Source of the DNA: Albugo candida
Taxonomy: Eukaryota
DNA: 64,000 bases
Direction: 5' to 3'
Assembly: GCA_040437565.1 (NCBI GenBank)
Contig: JBDOQK010000081.1
Span: 1 to 64,000, forward strand
Under the pieces are notes generated by a model. It did not search any database, was not told the DNA's origin, and worked only from the letters and a program-made list of their open reading frames with translations. The position numbers and the translations under genes are program-made. Of this stretch, positions 22,068 through 33,264 are shown one piece after another. The stretch's first letter is position 1; the number at the start of each line of letters is the position of its first letter.

Positions 22068-25000
22068 TCACGATATAAAACCTAATTCTACCGCTGCTTG
22101 ATCAGCCTGCTGGCATATTGCGGGATCGCCGCATAAATTGCGCACACTTGTGAGCTTCTCGGGGTCTTTCAGCTTGATTGCAACCTGCAATGCATCCTGA
22201 TACATCTCCAGATGTATTAAAGTCTCAAATTTCTCATCTACAGCGGTAATGCGCGCAGTGTACGCTTCTGCTTGATTCTTCTCTCCTTGCGCCAAGCACG
22301 CGACGGCAAATGCTTTGAAGCCACAAGGAGGAGTTTTCCGCTCCTGTGAGAATTTTTGCAGAGCATCCCATTGTCGAGTTTCAGCGAGTGCTTGGATCTT
22401 GACGCGATACATTCGTTTTTCGGGAATTTTGAATTTTTTGGCAAATTGACTCGCGATATTCAAAAGCTTTGGTTCGTGTTTGCTGTCTTTAACGAGAATT
22501 CTTAGAGTTGCCGATACAGAGAGTCCGACAAAAGTACGACGCTTTACGTTCTCTGTCCGATCTTCGAGTTTTTCTTGTTCTTGACGCAGATCGACCTCTT
22601 CCTCTACCAATTTGCTGAGGGTTGAATTCTTGGCTGCGTTGTATCGCGTCATGGCTTCCCGTAAATGCTTGATGGAATCTTGGCTCGATACACGGAACGA
22701 CTGGAGCATCTCATAGTGAGCCATTGTGCTGTCATCAGCAATGATTTCGAGCTTGTTGGTGGCTTTGCTGAATTGGTAATAAAGACAAAGGAGCTGGATG
22801 GCATCTTTGTACATCACAGGGTCTCGGTACAAAACGTATCGGAGTTCTTCCAAAGATGGCAAGGTTCGTTCCAAGTGGAAAAGAGTCATAAACACCAAAT
22901 CTGTGACGTTGGATTCGAGTGATTTACGAATCGCCAGCTCAAATTCTCCCATAGAAAGTAAAAGTGGAACTTGGTCGCTGGCATTTTGTTCCAAGTCCAA
23001 AAACATGGTCGCAAGACGTCGACGATTGACACGTTCAGCACAGCTCGCGATATCCGCATACGAAACCGAAGTTGCGGTCTTGAGTTTTCGACATACGAGC
23101 GAAATAAGCTCGTCGTCTGATTGAGCTTGTACTTCACTACTGGCACCACAAGCTTCTTGCGCCATCGCAACGCTTTTGACTTTTTCACAAGCCCAATGCA
23201 CCAAAACCCGATCGGTTGATACTTTAAGATAGTCGCAAATTTTTAGCGCAAGAAAGTGTTGTCTGAAAGCGACAAGACGGCTGATGGCAACTTCAGCACT
23301 TAATCGATCGAACTCGGCAATTGTAAGCGGAAAGCCCACGTTTGGCTGGCGTAGCGCATTCAAAACTCGAAGTTTGCGGCACATTTCAACAAAATGCTCC
23401 GAGTCGAAGAGCTCGAGATTGGTATTACCACCATCTGATGCGAGCGATAATTCCATTTTCGGATCTTGCACGAAGCATTTACCATACGACGCAGCGCGAA
23501 GAAACGAAGTCTGTGCCGCGTAATCGAATTCCGCACCGCCTGCATCAATACAATCCTTGATAGCCTCCTCCAACGTCTTCTGAGTTTGGATGAAGCGAAT
23601 ATGTTCATCAGCTTTGGCGTCTCCGGCATCATATGCTTCCATCGCTTGAAATAGCATCGCGGCAGGAGCCGTGGATCCAATCCCTTTGATATGTTCAAGA
23701 CTGGATGCCACTCGGATAAGGATCTCATGCATTTGAGCACTGTAGATCCGACAACAATCAATTTCTTGGACCAATACGATCGAGTGCTGGTATGGGAAGC
23801 GAAGCCAAGAGCCATAAGGACCAACCATGACAAGACCTCCACTTGGCCAGTAAAGCAAAACCGAGTCTTCTCCACACNNNNNNNNNNNNNNNNNNNNNNN
23901 NNNNNNNNNNNNNNNNNNNNNNNNNNNNNNNNNNNNNNNNNNNNNNNNNNNNNNNNNNNNNNNNNNNNNNNNNNNNNAACTCGGCAATTGTAAGCGGAAA
24001 GCCCACGTTTGGCTGGCGTAGCGCATTCAAAACTCGAAGTTTGCGGCACATTTCAACAAAATGCTCCGAGTCGAAGAGCTCGAGATTGGTATTACCACCA
24101 TCTGATGCGAGCGATAATTCCATTTTCGGATCTTGCACGAAGCATTTACCATACGACGCAGCGCGAAGAAACGAAGTCTGTGCCGCGTAATCGAATTCCG
24201 CACCGCCTGCATCAATACAATCCTTGATAGCCTCCTCCAACGTCTTCTGAGTTTGGATGAAGCGAATATGTTCATCAGCTTTGGCGTCTCCGGCATCATA
24301 TGCTTCCATCGCTTGAAATAGCATCGCGGCAGGAGCCGTGGATCCAATCCCTTTGATATGTTCAAGACTGGATGCCACTCGGATAAGGATCTCATGCATT
24401 TGAGCACTGTAGATCCGACAACAATCAATTTCTTGGACCAATACGATCGAGTGCTGGTATGGGAAGCGAAGCCAAGAGCCATAAGGACCAACCATGACAA
24501 GACCTCCACTTGGCCAGTAAAGCAAAACCGAGTCTTCTCCACACCAGCACATTGTGGTAGGAGTAGCTTTGCTCTCCGTATCGAATGACAGGATTTTCTT
24601 GTCCAGCATGGAATTCAACACAGTTAAAATTCCGTCTTGAGTATACAGTGCAAGGAAAAGATTGTTGGGTGCCACCGCAATCTTAGTGATTGGTGCTTTA
24701 ATCGAGGTCTGGAGTGCCATATCTTGTGCGCTACCTCCATTTTCCCTTGTAGCAATCACCAAGGAGCCGTCTGAAGTACCTAGAAAAACTTCTGGATTTG
24801 TAGTTCCGCTCTTGACAATGGCCATGCACGTCGGAGGATTGTTTTCCGAAAAAAATTGCGAGCAATCAGGAAGCTTGGATACTTTTGGACGAACCGCATC
24901 GATATCACTCACTTGAATGAGCTGAAAGCGTTCAGTCAGAGCCACAATTCCATTGGCCCAAGGTTCACAAGTTACAACTTTATCATCAGAAGATGAAGAC

Positions 25001-25404
25001 AAAATGGGAATTTGTGCTTCCAGTTCTCCCATGACGCTGAATATTCGACACGTTCCATCTTCAAACACGCACAACAAACGAACGTCATCCGTCCAACTCA
25101 TCGAAATGAGCAGATTTGGCTTTTTATCTTTCTCTCTGGTCTCGTATGGTTCCCAGGAAATCTGATTCAGCTTTCTACCTGCTGCTGTAAATGTCATCAA
25201 ATGGCGTTGAAAAGATCCCTTCGTAGCTTTATGAATTTTGGAATTATCACGAAGCAGAGCAACTGGACCCCCGAACAGACAAACAGCGACGATGAAGTTA
25301 CGTATATCATGGACCTCTTCCTCCTGCTGCCACTCAAGGTCGTCGTACATCGACCATTTCTGGTACTGAACTTTGCCCAACGTGTGCCATTCTGCCGAAT
25401 CCAT
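22068..25404 (-). CDS. VPS16: Vacuolar protein sorting 16 (HOPS/CORVET), ~889 aa after collapse
   Basis: FGGPVALLRD, MCWCGEDSV, LRAASYGK, LRVLNALR..VGFPLT, VLVHWACEK, QVPLLL, AKKFKIPEKR. 23311-23877 is duplicated as 23978-24544; removing 667 nt restores one frame. Confidence 0.96.
23311..24544. repeat. Gap-flanking direct duplication within VPS16
   Basis: 23311-23877 = 23978-24544. Confidence 0.95.
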
Positions 25405-25522
25405 GCGACTAACCGACTCTTATTATGATCAGCACGGTACGATAAGCCTACTGACAAAGTGAACACAGTGATGCAGACACGATGGAACGCAAGTCTATTG
25501 ATGAACTACTTTATGATATTGT

Positions 25523-26948
25523 TCACGTGGAGGTGTTCCTTAATTGACTCGCGATTGCTTCACTCGCGAGCATTGACATCTGAGCTCGTTGAGCTCGTTC
25601 CCGTTCGGTCTCCATCGTACGACGATTTCGACTGGCTTCTACATTACGATCCATTTGCTCTTGGTCTTCACGTATAAAGTTGAATCCACATTTCATGCAG
25701 AATTTGGTACTTTGCTTGCATTCCATCCCGCAGGACCGACAGAATTTGCTCGATTCAATGGGATTTGGCTCCAATGAAGTCGATGAAGAGAGTGATTGTC
25801 GCATCAGCCCGTCACCCATTGATGTCGGCAGAACGGCAATACCCGGCAAAACCTTTTTGCCACATACCAAACAGAACTTTTGCGATGGCTTCAATGGGGA
25901 CTGACAACTCGAGCATGATAATGAGGTCATGGGCATTGAAGTGGTCGAAGGTTGTGCTGCGTCATTTTCAGCGTCTGGTTTTGGATGGAGTAGGTTAGAA
26001 GCGCCACAACTGGGGCAAAACTTTTGATTCTCCTTCAAAGTGAAGGCACAAGCGTGACACTTTCTCGCTTGTGTTGTCAGGCTGATGGGAATCGGAGGTG
26101 AAGTGGGTGTATCGTACTTGGGTATTACATTTTGCCCGCACTTCGTGCCACACTGCAAGCAGAACTTTTGACCTGGTTTCAAGACTGCGTTGCAAGAGGA
26201 GCAATCCAATGACATTGCGGGTGGGGAAGCTTTTTGAGATGCAAGCTTCAATGCTTCTAGCCTCAGTTTCTCTGCAAGTTTCTGCTCCTCAATGATGCGC
26301 CTTTGCTCTTCTTCGGCCCGCTTTCGATTAGCTTCACGTCGCTGCGCTTCTTCTCGCAATCTTCGACTTTCTTCACGCGCAATTTCGCGTCTTTTACGCT
26401 GCGCTTGCATTTTTTCAAGCTCTTGTTGTGCTACGAGCGCCTCTTTCCGCAACATTTCGGCTTTCAAATTAGCTTCTTCGGCTCGTATCTGTAGCTTTTC
26501 ACGACGTTGAGTGGCTTCCATAGCTTCACGACGATATTCTTGACGCTTCTCTTCCATTTCAGATTTCTTTTTGATTTTTTCTTGCTTATAAAGATCCATT
26601 TGTTCTCTTGCTTGACGTGCCTGCAATTCTGATTCTTGGCGTCGACGCATCATTTCCATCTTGTGTTGCTCGATCTTCATTCTTTCTTCCTCATCTTCTT
26701 TGGAGTATCCGAGCGCGTACGTGGAAGGATAGCCGTCTTCGCTTGCTCTCGGGGTGCTTTCCCGCTGTGTCATGACGATGTGATTTACATCCGATGCCGC
26801 TGCAACCGAAGCGCCTACAATTCGTATAAACACCGTTTGGATTGAACGTGTGGAAATCAGATATTGAGAATTTCTCACCGCATTCAGGACAGAACTTTCC
26901 TTCAGCGCTAATGGGAATATTGGAGCCGCATTCGCCGCAGAATCCCAT
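25523..26948 (-). CDS. Zinc-ribbon repeat and coiled-coil protein
   Basis: Exon 1 MGFCGECG...KFCPEC, intron ~26878-26817 (GTGAG..TGTAG), E/R/K-rich coiled coil, then four more CxxC-x~9-KFCxxCG units. Confidence 0.85.
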
Positions 26949-27024
26949 TATAAGGTGTCTCTACAAAGGGAGAAAGTATCAAATGTTAGAGGGTAGGCTT
27001 TTGTTTTGTTTATCGGTTTTAAAT

Positions 27025-27478
27025 ATGGAGGCGTCCAAGTCATACGTGGACTCTGATTTGGCCTCAGATGAATCTATCGATGCGATTTTGTCGTCGTTGT
27101 ACTCAGCTCCTCAAAAAATTGAGCAAAAAGCAGAGACGAATGCAAAGAGCTCTGATGATAGCTTTTCACAAAGGAAGACTTCCACNNNNNNNNNNNNNNN
27201 NNNNNNNNNNNNNNNNNNNNNNNNNNNNNNNNNNNNNNNNNNNNNNNNNNNNNNNNNNNNNNNNNNNNNNNNNNNNNNNNNNNNNGCGTGGCGTACTTCG
27301 TTCCTAATCCTTCGATTATGGAGGCGTCCAAGTCATACGTGGACTCTGATTTGGCCTCAGATGAATCTATCGATGCGATTTTGTCGTCGTTGTACTCAGC
27401 TCCTCAAAAACGTGAGCAAAAAGCAGAGACGAATGCAAAGAGCTCTGATGATAGCTTTTCACAAAGGAAGACTTCCAC
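27025..27478. repeat. Gap-flanking imperfect duplication
   Basis: 27025-27185 matches 27318-27478 except codon ATT vs CGT; the sequences upstream of the two ATGs differ. Confidence 0.9.
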
Positions 27479-29525
27479 GAATATGGGCATCAAAGAAACG
27501 AAATTAAGTCCCAATAGAATCCCAAACAAAGAAAATGAAGTAAGGAAGAGCGTGAAAGCTGTAAAAATATCAAAGAAAGCAACACCGAAAGAGTTTTGGA
27601 CCGACGAAGACGATACCTCTTTGCAGCCAATGCCCAAGCTTGAAAAGACGCCAAAGGCCAGACCACATCTTTTCTGGGAAGGGAATCAATCTTTTAGTGT
27701 CGATACAATCCCTCAAGTTTTGTCTTTGAAACCACGACCCGGGAAACGTGTCAGAACACGAGTATCCTCTCTTATAGCTTCAAAATCGTCAGGCGAACAA
27801 CTCCCCAAGCAAAACATCCGTTCTAATGATAAAAAGAATTTTCCGTCAAAGAGAAGTTATAAAGAACGTCGATCAAATTTGAGAACAGCTGTGGAAGATC
27901 CACCTCCTTCATATGGTCGACCCGAAAGAATCAGGTCTCCGATCATAAAAAAGAGCTTCCATTTCGACACTCCTCCATCCTCTCCATATAAGTCACCACA
28001 GACTCTGACGGATTCGAGCGATATAGGAAAATTATTCAGGAAGGCGACACGCTTTTCATCTCACAAACCCCATTTCGATTGGGACTGCATATCACCGTCG
28101 CCTTCAAAACGGCGTGGAGCACTTTCACTTCGTCGCTCTGGGTCGATATTACCTCAAAAATGCAAAGACGATGAAGAAATCTCACGAAAAATTGAATCTC
28201 CAAAAAAAATCGACTCTTGTCGATTGAGCTTGCAAATGAACAAAAGCCTATACCACGAATACAACACGAAGACAAATAGTATGGAATCAATATCGCTCCG
28301 AAATATTGTGAGTAGAATCGATCAGAATTTGAGTTGTGCGCTGTGTCCATTCGAGAAGCGCTGTAAAGACACTGATTTCGAGCAAGAATCAAAGATCTCT
28401 GATGAGTATACAACCACGAAATTCTCAATTTCACCGCAAAAAGCTAAAAAGATGTCAACGCAGCAGATCATTGAGTCTCTCACCGACGCGTTCTCTGAAT
28501 TGGACTCTCAGCATCAGCGATATCTTCGGGAAGAGAAACAAAGTAGGAAAAGGGAAAATGAATCAAAAGTGGAAAAAACTTTGAAAACCAATGCGAAGGA
28601 ACAGTCCCCAAAGCATATGAAAGAAGAAGAATCTCTCAGTGACATTGAGGGTCAATTCTTAACGACGTCGAGTGAGGTTGAAAGTGTGCTTTATCGGCTT
28701 GAAATGGCTGAAGCCGAGAGTTTTCATCGATTCTATACAGATCAGAAACGCGATAAAAGGAACGATGACGAACCTTATACAAATGATAAAGCCCCCACCA
28801 ATGTCGTGGAAGCGAGCTTGATGGCTCTCGGTAACAAAGTACAACAAAAAACAAATGACATCGAATTGCGTTTAGCAAAAGCATCAATCAACTATGCGTA
28901 TCTTTGCTCTCAGAAGGCACCAGAGCCTGAGTTGAAATTGAATTCCAAGACGCAACCATCTCCGATCGACAACATACCCAACACAGACTGTTCATTCAAA
29001 GATGTCTTACGATGCGAAATAATCGAAAAATTGGACTGGACAATGTGCAAATTGAAACATGCATTGCAGGTTGATCAGAAAGAGAGAGAAGAAAAGGAAG
29101 TAGAACGCCTTCTTCAGAAGGAAGCGCAGTTGTTACGAGAAAAGCAGCGGCAGGATCAGGAAGACGCAAAATTAGAGCTCATGAAGCAGGCAACTCAAGC
29201 CCGACAGCGCGTGATGGGTAAATCGTCGTTGGATGAGATCAATGACTGGACACTTGAAGAGCGAGAACTTTTATTGAAGAATGAAATGAACCGATTTGAC
29301 TCGCATGAGTGTGAGGCCACCGAGACGGAAGAGCTCAATTATGAGGCGAATCTGGCTTGGATACGCCCGAGAATTGACCCAGCGCCTAATGGAATTGGTC
29401 AGTCTAAAGTAAAAGTTCATACATTGCAGCAAATTAACGAGAAAGCGCCGCTGGAGCAATTGGAATGGCTGCAGAAAAATCGCGCACAAAAATCCGAATG
29501 GCTCGCAATAACATCAAATCGGTAG
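27318..29525 (+). CDS. Hypothetical low-complexity and coiled-coil protein, ~735 aa
   Basis: Long uninterrupted ORF with S/K/P-rich N-half and E/K/Q-rich C-half. A variant copy of the 5' end lies at 27025-27185. Confidence 0.75.
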   Translation: MEASKSYVDSDLASDESIDAILSSLYSAPQKREQKAETNAKSSDDSFSQRKTSTNMGIKETKLSPNRIPNKENEVRKSVKAVKISKKATPKEFWTDEDDTSLQPMPKLEKTPKARPHLFWEGNQSFSVDTIPQVLSLKPRPGKRVRTRVSSLIASKSSGEQLPKQNIRSNDKKNFPSKRSYKERRSNLRTAVEDPPPSYGRPERIRSPIIKKSFHFDTPPSSPYKSPQTLTDSSDIGKLFRKATRFSSHKPHFDWDCISPSPSKRRGALSLRRSGSILPQKCKDDEEISRKIESPKKIDSCRLSLQMNKSLYHEYNTKTNSMESISLRNIVSRIDQNLSCALCPFEKRCKDTDFEQESKISDEYTTTKFSISPQKAKKMSTQQIIESLTDAFSELDSQHQRYLREEKQSRKRENESKVEKTLKTNAKEQSPKHMKEEESLSDIEGQFLTTSSEVESVLYRLEMAEAESFHRFYTDQKRDKRNDDEPYTNDKAPTNVVEASLMALGNKVQQKTNDIELRLAKASINYAYLCSQKAPEPELKLNSKTQPSPIDNIPNTDCSFKDVLRCEIIEKLDWTMCKLKHALQVDQKEREEKEVERLLQKEAQLLREKQRQDQEDAKLELMKQATQARQRVMGKSSLDEINDWTLEERELLLKNEMNRFDSHECEATETEELNYEANLAWIRPRIDPAPNGIGQSKVKVHTLQQINEKAPLEQLEWLQKNRAQKSEWLAITSNR

Positions 29526-29617
29526 TAGTACCGCACGAAGCCAATTATTAGTCGCTAAGTAACACCGTATATGCGCGAATAAACGCGCCCACTTCCCTCC
29601 AAGATCGAAACCTTGTA

Positions 29618-31149
29618 ATGGAAAGAGTATCGTTCCTCAGATCATTGCCTTCGATTCGACAGACTTGCGAACGTGTACATGAGCTCGCAAAAATAGACCA
29701 AACAAAATACTTTCGTCTTCAATCTTCCGAATTAGATGCGGTAGCGAGTTACATCATCAAAGTAATCAATCAGACGTACTCGAGCTGTGATGAGGTACCT
29801 TTTCACTCACGCTGGCGTCATTTTGAGGCTGGAAGTCCTCAACGTATACCTAATGTATATCCTCCATAAAATCGTATACCTCGTTCAGAATTGAGGCGTC
29901 TCAATTGTAGATGACAGCGCAATGGAATTGCGATTCAATTGAGCGAGCGCGTCGACTTATTGATCTTGTCGTCGTGAGTGTGTTGCTGGATGCGGGTGCC
30001 GGCGCACAATGGTACTTTTTTGAAAAAGAAACTCAGACCTCGTATACTCGGAGTGAAGGTCTGGGCATCGCGAGCCTGCACATGTTTATGGCCGGAGTAT
30101 TCTCTTCTGATCCATCAAAACCACATCGCGTCGACGCCCAAGGGCTCTGCAATCTCACAATCGAATCTCTTCGAGTCGGCTTCCAAGTGGTATCAGATAA
30201 GACTTTGGCTGAGAATGGCTCGAGTATACAATCTCTCTGTAGGGTGACGATAATCTGCTGGTTGGGCTGGAAGGACGGCTGGCCTTGTTACAGGTGCACA
30301 GTCTCTTGTATTCCATATTCACCTTGATTCCAATCGGTATTTGACAGAGGCTGGGAATAGCGCTGAAGAACAAGCCTGGATATTTTAAAAGTCAGACGAC
30401 AGATACACTGTTCCGACCAGGGAATATGGTCGATTCTCTTGGTACAAGTGAGCTTGTATCAGTTTCACTTCTATGGAGAATTGTCATTGAAGGATTCGAG
30501 GCGATTTGGCCAGAATCTCGTACAAAAATCGACGGAATCAATATGGGCGACGTATGGCCATTTTCGTAAGAATGTTCATTAGAGCATCGTAAGCTGCCGT
30601 TGACCGTCAATTTCCAGATATCTCAATGGCGATTCTGTTGAGAATAGCTATGTCAGCTTCCACAAACTCTCCCAATGGCTTACATACTCACTCATTGAGC
30701 CACTTCAGTGGGCCGGAGTCAATTTGACCGATCTGAATCTTCTGACAGGTACATGTACATAAATGGAATCCAATTTTTATTGATTGCATTAGCTCTTCCT
30801 GAGTATCGTAATGGCGGGCTTTTGCTGGATACGAATGTGCTTGTACCAAGAAATCCATCCATTCTCAATCAAGAGCATGAGCCAAGTTCGGAAATCGTCA
30901 TTGAATGGCGCGCATTAACAGTAGCGATTTTGGATGACGTGCACAAAATCTTACTTGAACGACTTCATGTCTCGGCGGATGAGTTTCCATTGGCAAAGGT
31001 ACCGTTCACTTCAAGCTGACTCGATATGGCTAATGTGCTTATAGATGTTAGAAGGGGGAAGTTGGAAGGCTGGTCGGTTGATAGCAAAGGAGAGGCGACA
31101 CGATGGAGGACCGCCAATTCGAATCAAAAGTGATGGTACCGTATTTTAA
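29618..31149 (+). CDS. Urc4/Urg3 (DUF1688) family protein, multi-exon
   Basis: Spliced motifs LRSLPSIR, HSRWRHF, DLVVVSVLLDAGAG, RSEGLGIAS, FHKLSQWLTYSLIEP, LPEYRNGGLLLD, EWRALTV, and C-terminal LEGGSWKAGR...IKSDGTVF*. Confidence 0.9.
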
Positions 31150-33264
31150 GTAAGTTCTCACACCGCAACATTGTGCTTTCGATTGATATGCTATCGACTT
31201 AATGTAAAGGACCGCCTAAAAATGCTGTTCAATCGTCGTATCAAAAGCCTTTTAGTCAAATGTATCACGACGTGCCACAAGTTTCGCACTCGGTAGACGA
31301 CGAGTAGTCCAAGTTGCCTGCCTTCACTTGCCTTTTTGGTGTGGTATCCGCCTAACACGGATTCCGTGGTTGGGCAGAGGTTTCTATCGAATATCCTTAT
31401 CACCCACATATGTATTTCCTGATATGCTTATTGCTTCCTCAATGTGGGGGGTACTTGTTTTACCTTTTGGCCAAATGATTACTTCGTAATGTAGGATAGC
31501 ATTAACATTCATGTACCTGCATCCTGTTGTTCTATACTAGGTCTTCTAGATGGTACCGAAATGGCATTATCGGGTCGACTATTAGGTGATGATGAGGGAG
31601 CCAATCAAGAACGATATATGTGGTTGTTGTACGTCGGATGTTTTTTTCTTCGGTCGTTAAAAACAGTACACTTATGCGCGTAGTGGTAAGACTGACTGCT
31701 CTACATTAGCCACCCTTGATCAACAACCGCTTCTTTGCTCTCGAAAAAGAGTGATTGCACGAAGCGAGCATTCTCTCCATCTTTTTTAGAATCAAATGCG
31801 GAATTTCTCTGCATTTCGGTCGTCTTTGGTCCGACCAAAAATTGTCCAACCTACAAGCGCGACGGAAGTGTTAGACAAATATGTATGAGTCTGACTAGTG
31901 TGCAAATATTTATGTATACAATCACCGCCGAAATCCCATGTTGCACTTAGTATTTCGGCAGTGCTTCTTTCCGCTTATTCTGTGGCTGAAACAATATCTT
32001 TCCTTCCACATATTCATTTCAAAAGTCCTGTATCGACATAACTTGTCTGCAATCAAAGTAAGAAACACGCAAGTAATTGCGACCGAAAATTACGTTTCTA
32101 TGTAACACTTCAACTTGTCCGAATATGACAATGTCTAGTTCTTTAATATTAAATGGATCGTGCCTCTTTGAGTGTGAAAACTGACTTGGTGTTAATTACC
32201 TTATGATCGACCACTCATGCCGTATTTGGTGCCAAGTAGAAATATTTATTACATGTCGAATGGATGCCTTACTTCACGAAAGGCCCTCTCGAGATACAGT
32301 ACTGTGACCGAAAATGCTAAAACGATGGCTAGCTTTAGGGAATCTTTGATCTAGATAGCATCAAAAACCGTTTTTCATGATGTTACATTGTATTCCAGAG
32401 CACGCTTGGAAAGAGTCTTGTCCACGTAGGTAGCACATAATTAACGATTCGAAATGTAGAGTGCAGTTCTGATAGCTTTATCATTGTTAAGTCGATAATG
32501 CCACACCTACACTCGTACTACTCCTTTTTATTCAATACTACAAGAAAAACCTTGCCGCAATTGCATATCTCGCTCCTGCAACTCGATACGCCAAAACATG
32601 AAGTGGACGTTGTTTGCTCCCAATTCTCTTACGGGTTCCACTCGGTGTACCTTACCTTTCGCACGTCAATTTACTGAAAGTACACGGACTGTACCACCGC
32701 ATCTGTGTACTCACTCCAGTTAGAACAAAATGCAGCACTTAGTTCGTCAAGAAACGATTTCGGATAAATCACATTGGAAGGACACATGTGGGCCGAAGTA
32801 TAGACTCGAGGTTTTTTTCGTGTGTCATGTTCTAAAGACTCAACAAGAGCAGCAGGGTATCAATTCACTTTGCGTGTCTTGCTTCGTTCGCCAAACAAAT
32901 TACTTCCAAAGGTTGTCACCCGGCTGACGATGGCTTGCGTCTACTGTACTGACTTATGGAGTCTACGAACTGTGGAAAAGCAAGCTTGGCGTTCTATATT
33001 GATGCGACAGAAGCCAGCCAATGACACTTATCGCGTTAAGTACTGATATACTGAAGATCGCCCGTGCGAACTTGACGCTTCGGGCAACATCATCCTACCA
33101 AAGAGTGGACAGTATTGCGATACAATAAGACATGTGGCTCTAAGTGCAATAAAGCACTCGATACGGTCGACCTTGCAACCTGAAAGGACTAATGCAGTCA
33201 AGTAATTGGATTCTCACATGTTATCTTTGCATTATGGAATCCTGGGATTAATGCAATCAGCTGA

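Noticed and set aside
22068..25404. Two VPS16-like ORFs suggesting a split gene or pseudogene
   Set aside because: Collapsing the gap overlap gives one uninterrupted ~889-aa frame.
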